DNA from: Candidatus Latescibacterota bacterium
Lineage (GTDB): Bacteria; Latescibacterota; UBA2968; UBA8231
Assembly: GCA_965217585.1 (NCBI GenBank)
Contig: OZ244561.1
Coordinates: 864,001 to 928,000, forward strand
Length of the DNA stretch: 64,000 nucleotides
Reading direction: 5' to 3'
Both the position numbers and the translations under genes were made by a program. Within the stretch, counting starts at the first letter, position 1, and every line of letters begins with the position of its first letter. Below are positions 10,763 through 19,440 of this stretch, piece after piece. A model generated the notes under the pieces. The model made no database searches, had not been told where the DNA came from, and saw nothing but the letters and a program-made list of their open reading frames with translations.

Positions 10763-13543
10763 ATGCCTAAAATCTCGCCTAGAATTTTTATAATCGGCGC
10801 GAGCGCTTTCTGGCTCCTCAGCGGATGGACCTCAATCCGCGCTCAGACCACCAACGAGTTTCGCACCCGACCGAACCAGATCGTCGTGAGCGCCCAGAGC
10901 CATTGGGAGGATTGGGACTTTCCCGCCGGCACTCTTGAGATTTCCCCCCGTGGGGCAGTACGGCCGCGCCGCTGGAATCGCAATACAGACGCCACTGAGG
11001 ACATTGTCGATTTTCTGCGCTTCCAGCTCGAAGCGTCACAACGCGATCCCACGCTGTTCAAAATTCCCCAGCGCCTGCAGGGCAAGGAGGTCGCTGAAAT
11101 CTCTCTGCGAGATGCCGTCGTGGCAGCAGGTTCGAACCCCGCAGGAGTAGTCAATGTCCTCGACGGCGACCCCACTACCTTTTGGGAACCAGCGCCGCTG
11201 CCGGCGGGTGTGGATCCGGCGGGTGTGGATGTCGGCGCCCTTTGGTGGTTTACGGTGGATCTGGGACGTCTGGTTTTCCTCAAGAAAATCGAGCTGAAAT
11301 TCGTCGATGAAGATCTGGGCGACCCCTTCCTGTTGTACGATGTCCTCGTATCGGACGGGCGCAAACCCATTGCCGCCCAATCGGGAAACGCCCCACCCGA
11401 ATTTTTCCCCGTCCTGATCTCTCTCAAGCCCAATAAGACCCAACGCAGCGTCGAGGTGGACCTGCGCGGCATCACGGGTCGCAGAGAATTGGGCGGCGAG
11501 CAGGATGAGTTTCTGGCGGAACAGATCCAATTTGAGGATTTGGCGGAGGAGTCTGGTGCGACCACAGACATGGCGACGCTGGTCGGACGTTTTGTCCAGG
11601 TCGTCATAAGAGGCAGCGACCTGAACCGAGGCCGCCAGATCGCCAAAGCGGAATTCGAGCAACTCGCCCCGGCCGATACGGGCGCGGTTGAGTATTACAA
11701 AAAACTGCCCGACGGCGGCCAGTTGCAAGTATCGAGGCAAGTCTACTTCGACCGCCTCGCAGAGGAAAAGCGCGGCGACATCCGCTATTATATCCGCGAG
11801 CGCCCGCGCTTAGCCGAGCTCAAGGTCTGGGTCGAAGGGGATGATATCTTCCACGGGACATTGCGCCGGGGCGGGATCATAAGCTCGCCCGATCCCCGCA
11901 ATGGAGCGATCCTCCTCGATGGCGATGTGGACTCCGCTCATTTTCTCGACCTCTACCGAGATCCCAAATTCAATTTGGGTCCCATCGGCACGGTGACTTT
12001 CGATCTGGGATCGTTTTTCTGGCTAGACGCGCAAAGGATGACCTATACATTCATCGATAACGACGCCCATACTTTTGGTAACTATACCCTAGAAGTTTCG
12101 GATGGCAGCAGGGAGCCCGATGGCAGCCTCAAGTGGTCCATCAGCGTAGATCGCAGACAGACCGAAACCTTGGGCGGTTTGATCGGCAAGATCACGGAGG
12201 GCAATAACTTCGATCCCGTCGTTGGCCGTTTTTTCAAGATCCAGTGGAATGTCCAACCCATCGCCGCGAGGATCCTGACCGCACTGAGTGAGTTCCAGCT
12301 TTTCGGCGCTGGCTTTCAGCCCCAAGTCGAGCTGACGTCGGAGCGCATACCTTTGGGAAACAGCAAAAATTTGCTGTCTATCGAATGGGATGCCGATACG
12401 CCGCCCGGCACCAAGATAGAGCTACAGACGCGGACGGGGGACACCTTCAGTCCGGATACGCTCTACTATCACGGAGACAATATAAGACTCTACGAAGGAG
12501 GTGCTGTAGAATACTACACTCGCAGAAACCGGCGCGACAAAGGCAACAAAATAGGCATCTGGGTCGATGGGCCGGAGTGGGAAAAGTCCTTTAGTGCACC
12601 GTACGAAAACGCCGCCGGCAGCCCCATCACCTCGCCCTCACCGCGCCAATTTGTCCGCATTCGAGCCACGTTGTTCTCCAACGAGCCAGAAGTCCACGCC
12701 ACCCTCAAAGAGATCCGGCTCAATTTTGCCGCGCCGGTGGCTCGGCACCTGTTGGGCGAAGTTACCCCTACCCAGGTCGACAGCCTCGGCGTCCAGCGTC
12801 CTTTTTCGGTATACATCCGGCCGGATACCGTCAGTGCCGGAGGATTCGATCAGCTCTTGCTCGCAGCCCCCCCCCAGATGCGTCTGACCTATCGCGGGCT
12901 ATACGGGGGCAAAGGCAGCGATTTTTCGCCGGCCGCCGATCTGGCCTCTCTGGAGATCGCAGAGGTCGATGTCCGCAGCGATCGCTCGGATAGCCTGCAT
13001 CTGACTTTTCCGGCCGTACTGTCGGAGTCGGATATTGAACTGTTCCGCCTCGATTTCGCCACGGCTCTTTTCACGGTAAGTGCACCGCTGAGAGCAGCCC
13101 TGCGGCGGGGAGACGACGGTTGGTGGCAGCGCGTGGACGCGGGAGACGCCGCCGCGCAAGTCACCGACAACGATCTAACGCTGGTCGCGCTACCGAGGCG
13201 CAAGGAAATTTTCCGCAACTTAGCGATCGAGCCGCAGGTATTTACGCCCAATGGGGACGACATAAACGATGCGGTGAGGTTTATATTCGACGTCGTGTTG
13301 ATCCGTCAGAACAGTGCCGTCGAAATCCATATCCACGATCTGGGCGGTCGCCGGGTGAGAAGCATTTCCGAGCGGCGTCCGGTGGTCACTGGTGCCCATG
13401 CGCTCGAATGGGACGGCAGAGACCATGCTGGAAATCTCGTGGCGCCCGGCGTGTACGTCGTCCTGCTCAAGATCGATGCCAATACGGAGGGGGCTGGCCT
13501 CGACGCGAGAGATCTCGCCCGCACGGTGGCGGTCGCCTACTAG
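10763..13543 (+). CDS. Secreted protein with two discoidin-like domains and FlgD-Ig / type-B-CTD-like C-terminus (paralog 3)
   Basis: GGAG RBS before ATG 10763; LDGDPTTFW, VDLGRLVFLKKIEL, FDLGSFFWL, SPSPRQFVRI; C-terminal FTPNGDDIND...IHDLGGRRVR...WDGRDHAGNLVAPGVY...VAVAY. Confidence 0.8.
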   Translation: MPKISPRIFIIGASAFWLLSGWTSIRAQTTNEFRTRPNQIVVSAQSHWEDWDFPAGTLEISPRGAVRPRRWNRNTDATEDIVDFLRFQLEASQRDPTLFKIPQRLQGKEVAEISLRDAVVAAGSNPAGVVNVLDGDPTTFWEPAPLPAGVDPAGVDVGALWWFTVDLGRLVFLKKIELKFVDEDLGDPFLLYDVLVSDGRKPIAAQSGNAPPEFFPVLISLKPNKTQRSVEVDLRGITGRRELGGEQDEFLAEQIQFEDLAEESGATTDMATLVGRFVQVVIRGSDLNRGRQIAKAEFEQLAPADTGAVEYYKKLPDGGQLQVSRQVYFDRLAEEKRGDIRYYIRERPRLAELKVWVEGDDIFHGTLRRGGIISSPDPRNGAILLDGDVDSAHFLDLYRDPKFNLGPIGTVTFDLGSFFWLDAQRMTYTFIDNDAHTFGNYTLEVSDGSREPDGSLKWSISVDRRQTETLGGLIGKITEGNNFDPVVGRFFKIQWNVQPIAARILTALSEFQLFGAGFQPQVELTSERIPLGNSKNLLSIEWDADTPPGTKIELQTRTGDTFSPDTLYYHGDNIRLYEGGAVEYYTRRNRRDKGNKIGIWVDGPEWEKSFSAPYENAAGSPITSPSPRQFVRIRATLFSNEPEVHATLKEIRLNFAAPVARHLLGEVTPTQVDSLGVQRPFSVYIRPDTVSAGGFDQLLLAAPPQMRLTYRGLYGGKGSDFSPAADLASLEIAEVDVRSDRSDSLHLTFPAVLSESDIELFRLDFATALFTVSAPLRAALRRGDDGWWQRVDAGDAAAQVTDNDLTLVALPRRKEIFRNLAIEPQVFTPNGDDINDAVRFIFDVVLIRQNSAVEIHIHDLGGRRVRSISERRPVVTGAHALEWDGRDHAGNLVAPGVYVVLLKIDANTEGAGLDARDLARTVAVAY

Positions 13544-13636
13544 CGCCTCTGGACAGAAATCCTTCCCCGCAAACCAGGAAATCACTTATGCCCATAGGCA
13601 CTAGTACTGCCACCCGGATGATCACCAGGTTCAACA

Positions 13637-14401
13637 ATGCCGGATGCTAAAACAATTCGTCGCCAGATTAGCACCGGCGAGTGGCGAGGTACGACCGTTG
13701 GCAGGGCGGGGCGTTATGTGCAGACCGGCTTGGTCATTCTCCGCCAAGCCGAGGCTTATGATTTTCTCGTCTTCTGCCAGCGCAACCCGCAGCCGTGTCC
13801 GCTGCTCGAAGTGACAGACCCGGGTTGTCCGACGCCGAAAACACTGGCACCGGGCGCGGATATTCGCCATGCGGTCGGGCTATACTCGGTCTGGCGCGGC
13901 GGTGAGTTGGTGGAAGAAGTGACCGATATTGCGCCGTTGTGGCAGGATGATTTCGTCGCCTTTTTTTTAGGGTCGAGCCTGACTTTTTTGCAAGCTCTGG
14001 CCGACGCCGGGTGCGTCAGTTCGGTTGGCGTCGTGTTATATAAAACCAATATCATGTGCAAACCGGCGGGGCGTTTTGCCGGGCCGATGGTAGTGACCAT
14101 GCAAACCTTGCCGGCGGCAAAGGTGGCGCGCGCCGTGCAGGTGACTTCGCGATTCCAGGCCACGCACGGGGCCCCGATACACATTGGCGATCCAGCAGCC
14201 ATCGGCATCACCGACCTTGCGCAAACCATTGGCCCCGCGCCCCCCAACGGCATTCCCACCGGCGATGTAGCGCTATTTTGGGCCTGTAGTGTTACACCTC
14301 AGACGGTGGCGCAGGCTTCCGCCATTCCATTCATGATAACCCATTCGACGGGACACGGCTTTGTCACCGATCTCAAAGACCACGACCTAGCCGTGCCGTG
14401 A
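13637..14401 (+). CDS. DUF1445 / D-glutamate cyclase-like putative hydro-lyase
   Basis: Family motifs FCQRNPQPCPLL, VAFFLGSS, GPMVVTM, HGAPIHIGDPAAIGI, FWACSVTPQ, ITHSTGHGFVTD. Confidence 0.85.
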   Translation: MPDAKTIRRQISTGEWRGTTVGRAGRYVQTGLVILRQAEAYDFLVFCQRNPQPCPLLEVTDPGCPTPKTLAPGADIRHAVGLYSVWRGGELVEEVTDIAPLWQDDFVAFFLGSSLTFLQALADAGCVSSVGVVLYKTNIMCKPAGRFAGPMVVTMQTLPAAKVARAVQVTSRFQATHGAPIHIGDPAAIGITDLAQTIGPAPPNGIPTGDVALFWACSVTPQTVAQASAIPFMITHSTGHGFVTDLKDHDLAVP

Positions 14402-14411
14402 GCAGCGGATA

Positions 14412-14452
14412 GAGCGCTAAAAAAAGGGACTTATATACTGATTTTAGCGCTC
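14412..14452. repeat. 11-bp inverted repeat with 19-nt spacer (terminator or operator at the left edge of the island)
   Basis: GAGCGCTAAAA (14412-14422) ... TTTTAGCGCTC (14442-14452). Confidence 0.55.
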
Positions 14453-14473
14453 CAGTAGACGGGATTGCAGGCC

Positions 14474-15796
14474 ATGACGGCAGCCATTCAGATCAGCGCA
14501 ACAGAGCCGACCGCATTACTAAAGGATTTTTCTGAGTTCACTACTTACTTGACACATCACCCAGTGATCCTGGCTACGGCTCGGGAATTCATCGGCGGCA
14601 GGGATCTCTGTGCTCTCAACGAGGCTATGAGCGAGCCCGTGCCGGAGACGACAACCCGGACGCGCCAGACGCTCTATCCCCAATTGCATTTGTTCTACCA
14701 TCTCGCACTGGCGGGTGAACTATTTCACAAAGTGCCCGGCAAGGGTGGAAAACTCATACTCGAAGCTACGGATCGCCTCGCGCAGTACGAAGAGTTGAAG
14801 CTAACGGAACGCTACTTTTTCCTGCTGGAGACCTTCTGGGTGGATTGCGACTGGAAAAAACTGCAATCGGGCCACGGTGTCCGTCTCGATCCTCCATACG
14901 AAGTGCCGCCGGTCATCGAGTTGCTGGGCGAGCCCGCAGCAGCAAGAAAGAAAAAGAAGTGGAAGGATATATTCGCTCGGAGCCTCTCTTCCCTAGAATA
15001 CTTGGTGCTGCACCTTGCGGCATTCGGGTTCTGGCGGGTCGAACTCGATCGCGAGACCAAGGGACGGTCGAAGCACGATATCCGGTTTAAACGGATTGAA
15101 CTGACGGAATTTGGCGCGACACTGGCACCGATCTTGGCCGGTGAGCGGGACTTTCTTCATTGGAATCTACCGACCCGGCGGCAAGCGTTCGGCGAGTGGA
15201 AGGCCAAACCAGGCGATCCACTTGACGAGAAGAGAGTTTCTATATGCCGATTAGTGACGGGGACGAAAACGAGATTGGAGAAAAAATCTCCCGAAATATA
15301 TGGGGGACGGGCCGACGAGCCGTTTTACCAGCCTTTTGAGCCACTGGTTGATATGGAAGAACTCAAGCGCGGTTTGCCACGGAAGCGCATTGAGTTCAAG
15401 GACGGTATTTACTGTTTCAACGTTGCCTTAAAGAAAAATCTCTGGCGGCGGATTGAGACGGCGGGTGGGCATACGCTGGAGGATCTGCACCATGCCATCC
15501 AGGAGGCCTACGGTTTCGACGACGACCATCTCTACGCCTTCTTTATGGACGGCGAATTCTGGTCCGACGACAAGTTCACGTCGCCACATGACGAGGAAGG
15601 CCCTCATGTGGACGAGACGCAGATCGGGGAGTTGGATCTGTCGGAGGGGCAGCGCATGCTCTACCTGTTCGACTACGGGGACGAATGGCTTTTTCAGATC
15701 GCGGTGGAAGCGATTCGCAAAAGCGGGGCACGACCCCACAAGCCGAAGGTCGTAGGACAGAAGGGAAAAGCGCCTGAACAATACGAGTATTATTGA
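14474..15796 (+). CDS. Plasmid pRiA4b ORF-3 family protein with N-terminal extension
   Basis: C-terminal WRRIE..GGHTLEDLHHAIQEAYGFDDDHLYAFF and YLFDYGDEW motifs. Confidence 0.85.
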   Translation: MTAAIQISATEPTALLKDFSEFTTYLTHHPVILATAREFIGGRDLCALNEAMSEPVPETTTRTRQTLYPQLHLFYHLALAGELFHKVPGKGGKLILEATDRLAQYEELKLTERYFFLLETFWVDCDWKKLQSGHGVRLDPPYEVPPVIELLGEPAAARKKKKWKDIFARSLSSLEYLVLHLAAFGFWRVELDRETKGRSKHDIRFKRIELTEFGATLAPILAGERDFLHWNLPTRRQAFGEWKAKPGDPLDEKRVSICRLVTGTKTRLEKKSPEIYGGRADEPFYQPFEPLVDMEELKRGLPRKRIEFKDGIYCFNVALKKNLWRRIETAGGHTLEDLHHAIQEAYGFDDDHLYAFFMDGEFWSDDKFTSPHDEEGPHVDETQIGELDLSEGQRMLYLFDYGDEWLFQIAVEAIRKSGARPHKPKVVGQKGKAPEQYEYY

Positions 15797-15905
15797 CTGA
15801 TCAAAAGTCCCCGACCTAGCTCGCAAATCAGAGCTAGGCTGGAGACTTTTGAATATGTCTACGGCTTTACTCCTAAAGCAAGCAGGACGACAGAATACAA
15901 GCTGC

Positions 15906-18900
15906 TCAGGCTGGGGCCTCGGCCCGTTCCAGCAGCTTGGCGAAGTCGTAGTTGACGCTGGTGACGCCAAAGTCGGGTTCGCGCTGGAAGGGGTGGCGCA
16001 AATAGCTTACGCGGTGACTGCCGCCGTCCAAAAACTCGACTATGGCGAGAATGAAGTCGTCGGGTTTATTGAGGCTGTAGAGAATTTCGTTTTTGGTCAC
16101 CGTGATGGTCGCTGCCCCGCTTGCGCGGCCCTTGACCTCAATGAAGCGCAGCCGCCCCGTGTCGGGCACCCGCGACTCGATATCGTAGCCGAGTTTGTCA
16201 AATTCCCGATCCGTCGGCCCATAGCCGAGGCCGCGTTCTACTTCCATGACAATAGCCCGTGCCCGTGCGGCAACCTCCTGCGTATCCACAGGTGATCGGC
16301 GTCCCACCATAGCGTCCACCAGTCCCTGCGGCACCACCAGCAAGCCGCCGAGCACCACTGGCGATAGCGGTGAAAGCTGTGCTTCAAGTTGCAATTCCTG
16401 TAGCCTCTTGTGCAGCCGAGTCTGCAACGCATCGGCCCGTTTGCGAGCTTCGTCCGAGTTGAGCCGAGCACCGCTGACGCCAGCCTGCTCTTGGAGCTTG
16501 AGCTGTTCGGCGCGGTGATCCCAGTAGGAGATTTCCTTGGTCAGACGGTCCTTGACCGCAGCTTCAGTCTTGTCGATCAACGCCAGCTTGGGATCGCGGA
16601 CTTGGGCTAGATGCTCGGGGACGACTTGAGCCACTGCATAGGCTTGCGCCTTCTGCTCCATTTCTCGGTTGATCCACGCGCATTCCGGTCGCTCCAAGAT
16701 GGCCTCAACGCTAGGCTCGTCTTGGGCCAGCGGCCGATAGTCCAAGTAGGGGGCGTAGTGGAGGTGGCGAGCGTTGCCAGCGACGTCGATTTCGACGTAG
16801 AGCATCTGCTTGGAGACCATCCGGCGGTTGCCCGCCCGCGTTCGGCTCGCGTCTTGAATGGCGTGTTCGAGATAGAAAAGCACGCGCGGTGTCTGCCCCG
16901 GATCGCGCTCGTCAACGAGCACTGCTCCGCGCTTGAGCAGGTCGCGGTGCTGCTCCAGCGTCAGGTCGAGGACGGCGTCTAGTAAGGGGTGTCCCGGGCA
17001 GACGAACGCCGCCGCTGGCTGGCCGGGGGGCGCGACCAGCGATTTGTCGAAGGCGATCCGTTCGTAGCGGGGGAGCACACTTTGGTTGCGGATCGGCGGG
17101 GGGACATGCGTAACCTCGTAGCGGCGCGGCTCACGCTGCCGGGCCGAGCCACCGATTTGCTGGAACGCCTCCAAAAAAAACGCCTCAATGTAATGTGGCT
17201 GTAGGCGGCGCGCCTCGGCCCGCTCCATCTCTTCGCGCACCCTCTGCACACGGCTGGCGTCCATCGCGTCATGGACGAGTTGATGCTCCTCCAGCAGGTC
17301 CTGCAGCGAGCTATGGTCGAGTGCCTGATCGACCGCGGTGTCGAGGCGTGCGCGAACTTCTGGCTGCTCGCCGTAGCGGATGGCTTCGAGCAGAAGGTCG
17401 CGCAACGGCCGCCCCTCGAATTCGAGCTTGCCGAGCACGTCAAACACCTGACCGCCTAGGGCCTGCCGCGCCTGTTCTAGTTTTGTCAGCAGTCGCTGGT
17501 AAACATCACCCTCGCGGGTTTGGTCCGCGACCAGATTCCACAGGTGGCACACTTCCGTCTGGCCGATTCGGTGGATGCGGCCGAAGCGCTGCTCTAGGCG
17601 GTTCGGGTTCCAGGGGAGGTCGTAGTTGACCATCAGGTGCGCTCGCTGGAGGTTGATCCCTTCGCCAGCGGCATCGGTGGCCAGCAGCACCTGTACCGCT
17701 GGGTCGTGGCGGAAGGCTTCCTGCGCTTGGTGGCGATCCTCGCGGGCCATGCCCCCGTGAATGATTACTACCGACTCTGCACGTCCAAGCAACGTGGTGA
17801 TGCGGTCTTGCAGGTAGCGGAGTGTGTCGCGGTGCTCCGTGAAGAGTACCAGCTTCTGCGTAGGGGAGGACATTGGACGCGGGATTTCGCCACTGCCGTA
17901 GGGAGCTGTCGGTTCCCCGATCTGGCCCGCTATACCCGCCGTCGTAAAGACCTCGCTGAGCAGGCTGGCAAGTTCCCGCCACTTCGCGTCTCCACCGCGG
18001 CGACGGACGTCAAGCGCACGATTTTCCAGCATCTTCAGGGTGTCGATTTCCGCCTTCAACTCGGTGATGGAGCGGGCGGCGGTCGCTTGGTCGAGGATGC
18101 GCGTTTCGGCGGCTTCGACCTCGTGCCCTGGTGCGTCGTCGAGATCCTCGATGTCTTCGGCATCAAGCTCTGTGACTGTGGACGCGGCCAAGCCGGGACG
18201 CCGGGACTCCTCCAACTCGCATAGGCGGCTCTCCAAACGCTCTCGTCGTCGGCGCAGCGACTGGTAGATCGCCTCGGGAGACGAAGCGAGCCGCCGCTGG
18301 AGGATCGTCAGGGCGAAGCCGACCGTGCCGGCCCGCTTGGCGTTGGCGAGTGCATCCGCCCGATTGAACTCCTCCCGCACATAGTCGGTGACTGCCTCGT
18401 AGAGCTGGGCTTCCGCCTCTGAGAGCTGGTACGGCACGGTGTAGGCTATGCGCTCGGGAAACAGCGGCTTGCCATCGAACTTGAGCAGCCGCTCCTTGAC
18501 CATGCGCCGCATCAAGTCCGAGACATCGGCCACGTGGACGCCATCGCGGAAGCGGCCCTCAAAGCGGTCGCTGTCGAGCAGCGCCATGAAGAGTTGGAAG
18601 TCTTCTTCCTTGCCATTGTGCGGCGTCGCCGTCATCAGCAGGAAGTGGCGCGTCAATGTCGATAATAACTGTCCCAGTCGATAGCGCTTCGTGTAGTGGA
18701 TCTCGCCTCCGAAGAAACTGGCCGACATCTTGTGCGCCTCGTCGCATACTACCAGATCCCAGCCAGTATCTGGTGCTTGGAGCTTCTGCTGAACCTGTTC
18801 GTCGCGCGCTAGTTTGTCGAGGCGCGCGATGACGAGGTTGGCCTCCAAAAACCAGTTGCCGGTGCGGGCGGCTTCGAGCTTGTCGTTGGTCATAATCTCA

Positions 18901-19433
18901 AAGGGCAACTGGAAGCGCTGAGAGAGTTCGTCCTGCCATTGCTCGGCGAGGCTGCCGGGGCAGACGATCAGGCACCGTTCGAGATCTCCACGGGCGATCA
19001 ACTCCCTGATGAGTAGGCCCGCCATGATGGTCTTACCGGCACCCGGATCGTCGGCGAGGAGAAAGCGCAGCGGCTGGCGCGGTAGCATGGATTCGTACAC
19101 CGCGGTGATCTGATGGGGCAATGGCTCGACGACCGAGGTGTGGACTGCCAGTACGGGATCGAACAGATGCGCAAGGCGAATGCGCAGGGCCTCAGACACC
19201 AGCCGGAATAGGGCCCCATCGCCGTCAAAGCTCCACGGCTGCCCCTGTTCGACTACTTCAATCCGCGCCTCGTCAGAGCGGTAGAGCAGCTCATTGGCCA
19301 CCTTGCCGTCCGGCGTCTTGTAGGTCAGTTCCAGGGCCTCGGAGCCAAACCACTGCACGCTGACGACCACCACGAGGCCATCGGTGAGAATGCCGCGCAC
19401 TGCGGCGTTAGGCTGGAGGTCTTCGAGCGTCAC
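15906..19433 (-). CDS. SNF2/SWI2 helicase with C-terminal DUF3883 (NOV_C) PD-(D/E)XK nuclease
   Basis: LADDPGAGKT, DEAH, TATPH, EGINLQ, EQRFGRIHRIGQ; C-terminal GYDIES...FIEVKGR; likely GTG start at 19433 just after the upstream stop. Confidence 0.9.
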   Translation of the reverse strand: MTLEDLQPNAAVRGILTDGLVVVVSVQWFGSEALELTYKTPDGKVANELLYRSDEARIEVVEQGQPWSFDGDGALFRLVSEALRIRLAHLFDPVLAVHTSVVEPLPHQITAVYESMLPRQPLRFLLADDPGAGKTIMAGLLIRELIARGDLERCLIVCPGSLAEQWQDELSQRFQLPFEIMTNDKLEAARTGNWFLEANLVIARLDKLARDEQVQQKLQAPDTGWDLVVCDEAHKMSASFFGGEIHYTKRYRLGQLLSTLTRHFLLMTATPHNGKEEDFQLFMALLDSDRFEGRFRDGVHVADVSDLMRRMVKERLLKFDGKPLFPERIAYTVPYQLSEAEAQLYEAVTDYVREEFNRADALANAKRAGTVGFALTILQRRLASSPEAIYQSLRRRRERLESRLCELEESRRPGLAASTVTELDAEDIEDLDDAPGHEVEAAETRILDQATAARSITELKAEIDTLKMLENRALDVRRRGGDAKWRELASLLSEVFTTAGIAGQIGEPTAPYGSGEIPRPMSSPTQKLVLFTEHRDTLRYLQDRITTLLGRAESVVIIHGGMAREDRHQAQEAFRHDPAVQVLLATDAAGEGINLQRAHLMVNYDLPWNPNRLEQRFGRIHRIGQTEVCHLWNLVADQTREGDVYQRLLTKLEQARQALGGQVFDVLGKLEFEGRPLRDLLLEAIRYGEQPEVRARLDTAVDQALDHSSLQDLLEEHQLVHDAMDASRVQRVREEMERAEARRLQPHYIEAFFLEAFQQIGGSARQREPRRYEVTHVPPPIRNQSVLPRYERIAFDKSLVAPPGQPAAAFVCPGHPLLDAVLDLTLEQHRDLLKRGAVLVDERDPGQTPRVLFYLEHAIQDASRTRAGNRRMVSKQMLYVEIDVAGNARHLHYAPYLDYRPLAQDEPSVEAILERPECAWINREMEQKAQAYAVAQVVPEHLAQVRDPKLALIDKTEAAVKDRLTKEISYWDHRAEQLKLQEQAGVSGARLNSDEARKRADALQTRLHKRLQELQLEAQLSPLSPVVLGGLLVVPQGLVDAMVGRRSPVDTQEVAARARAIVMEVERGLGYGPTDREFDKLGYDIESRVPDTGRLRFIEVKGRASGAATITVTKNEILYSLNKPDDFILAIVEFLDGGSHRVSYLRHPFQREPDFGVTSVNYDFAKLLERAEAPA

Positions 19434-19440
19434 TCTCGAC

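Noticed and set aside
11201-11230. 15-nt direct repeat CCGGCGGGTGTGGAT x2 (PAGVD PAGVD)
   Set aside because: Simple in-frame duplication in a loop; only two copies, not a CRISPR or contingency locus
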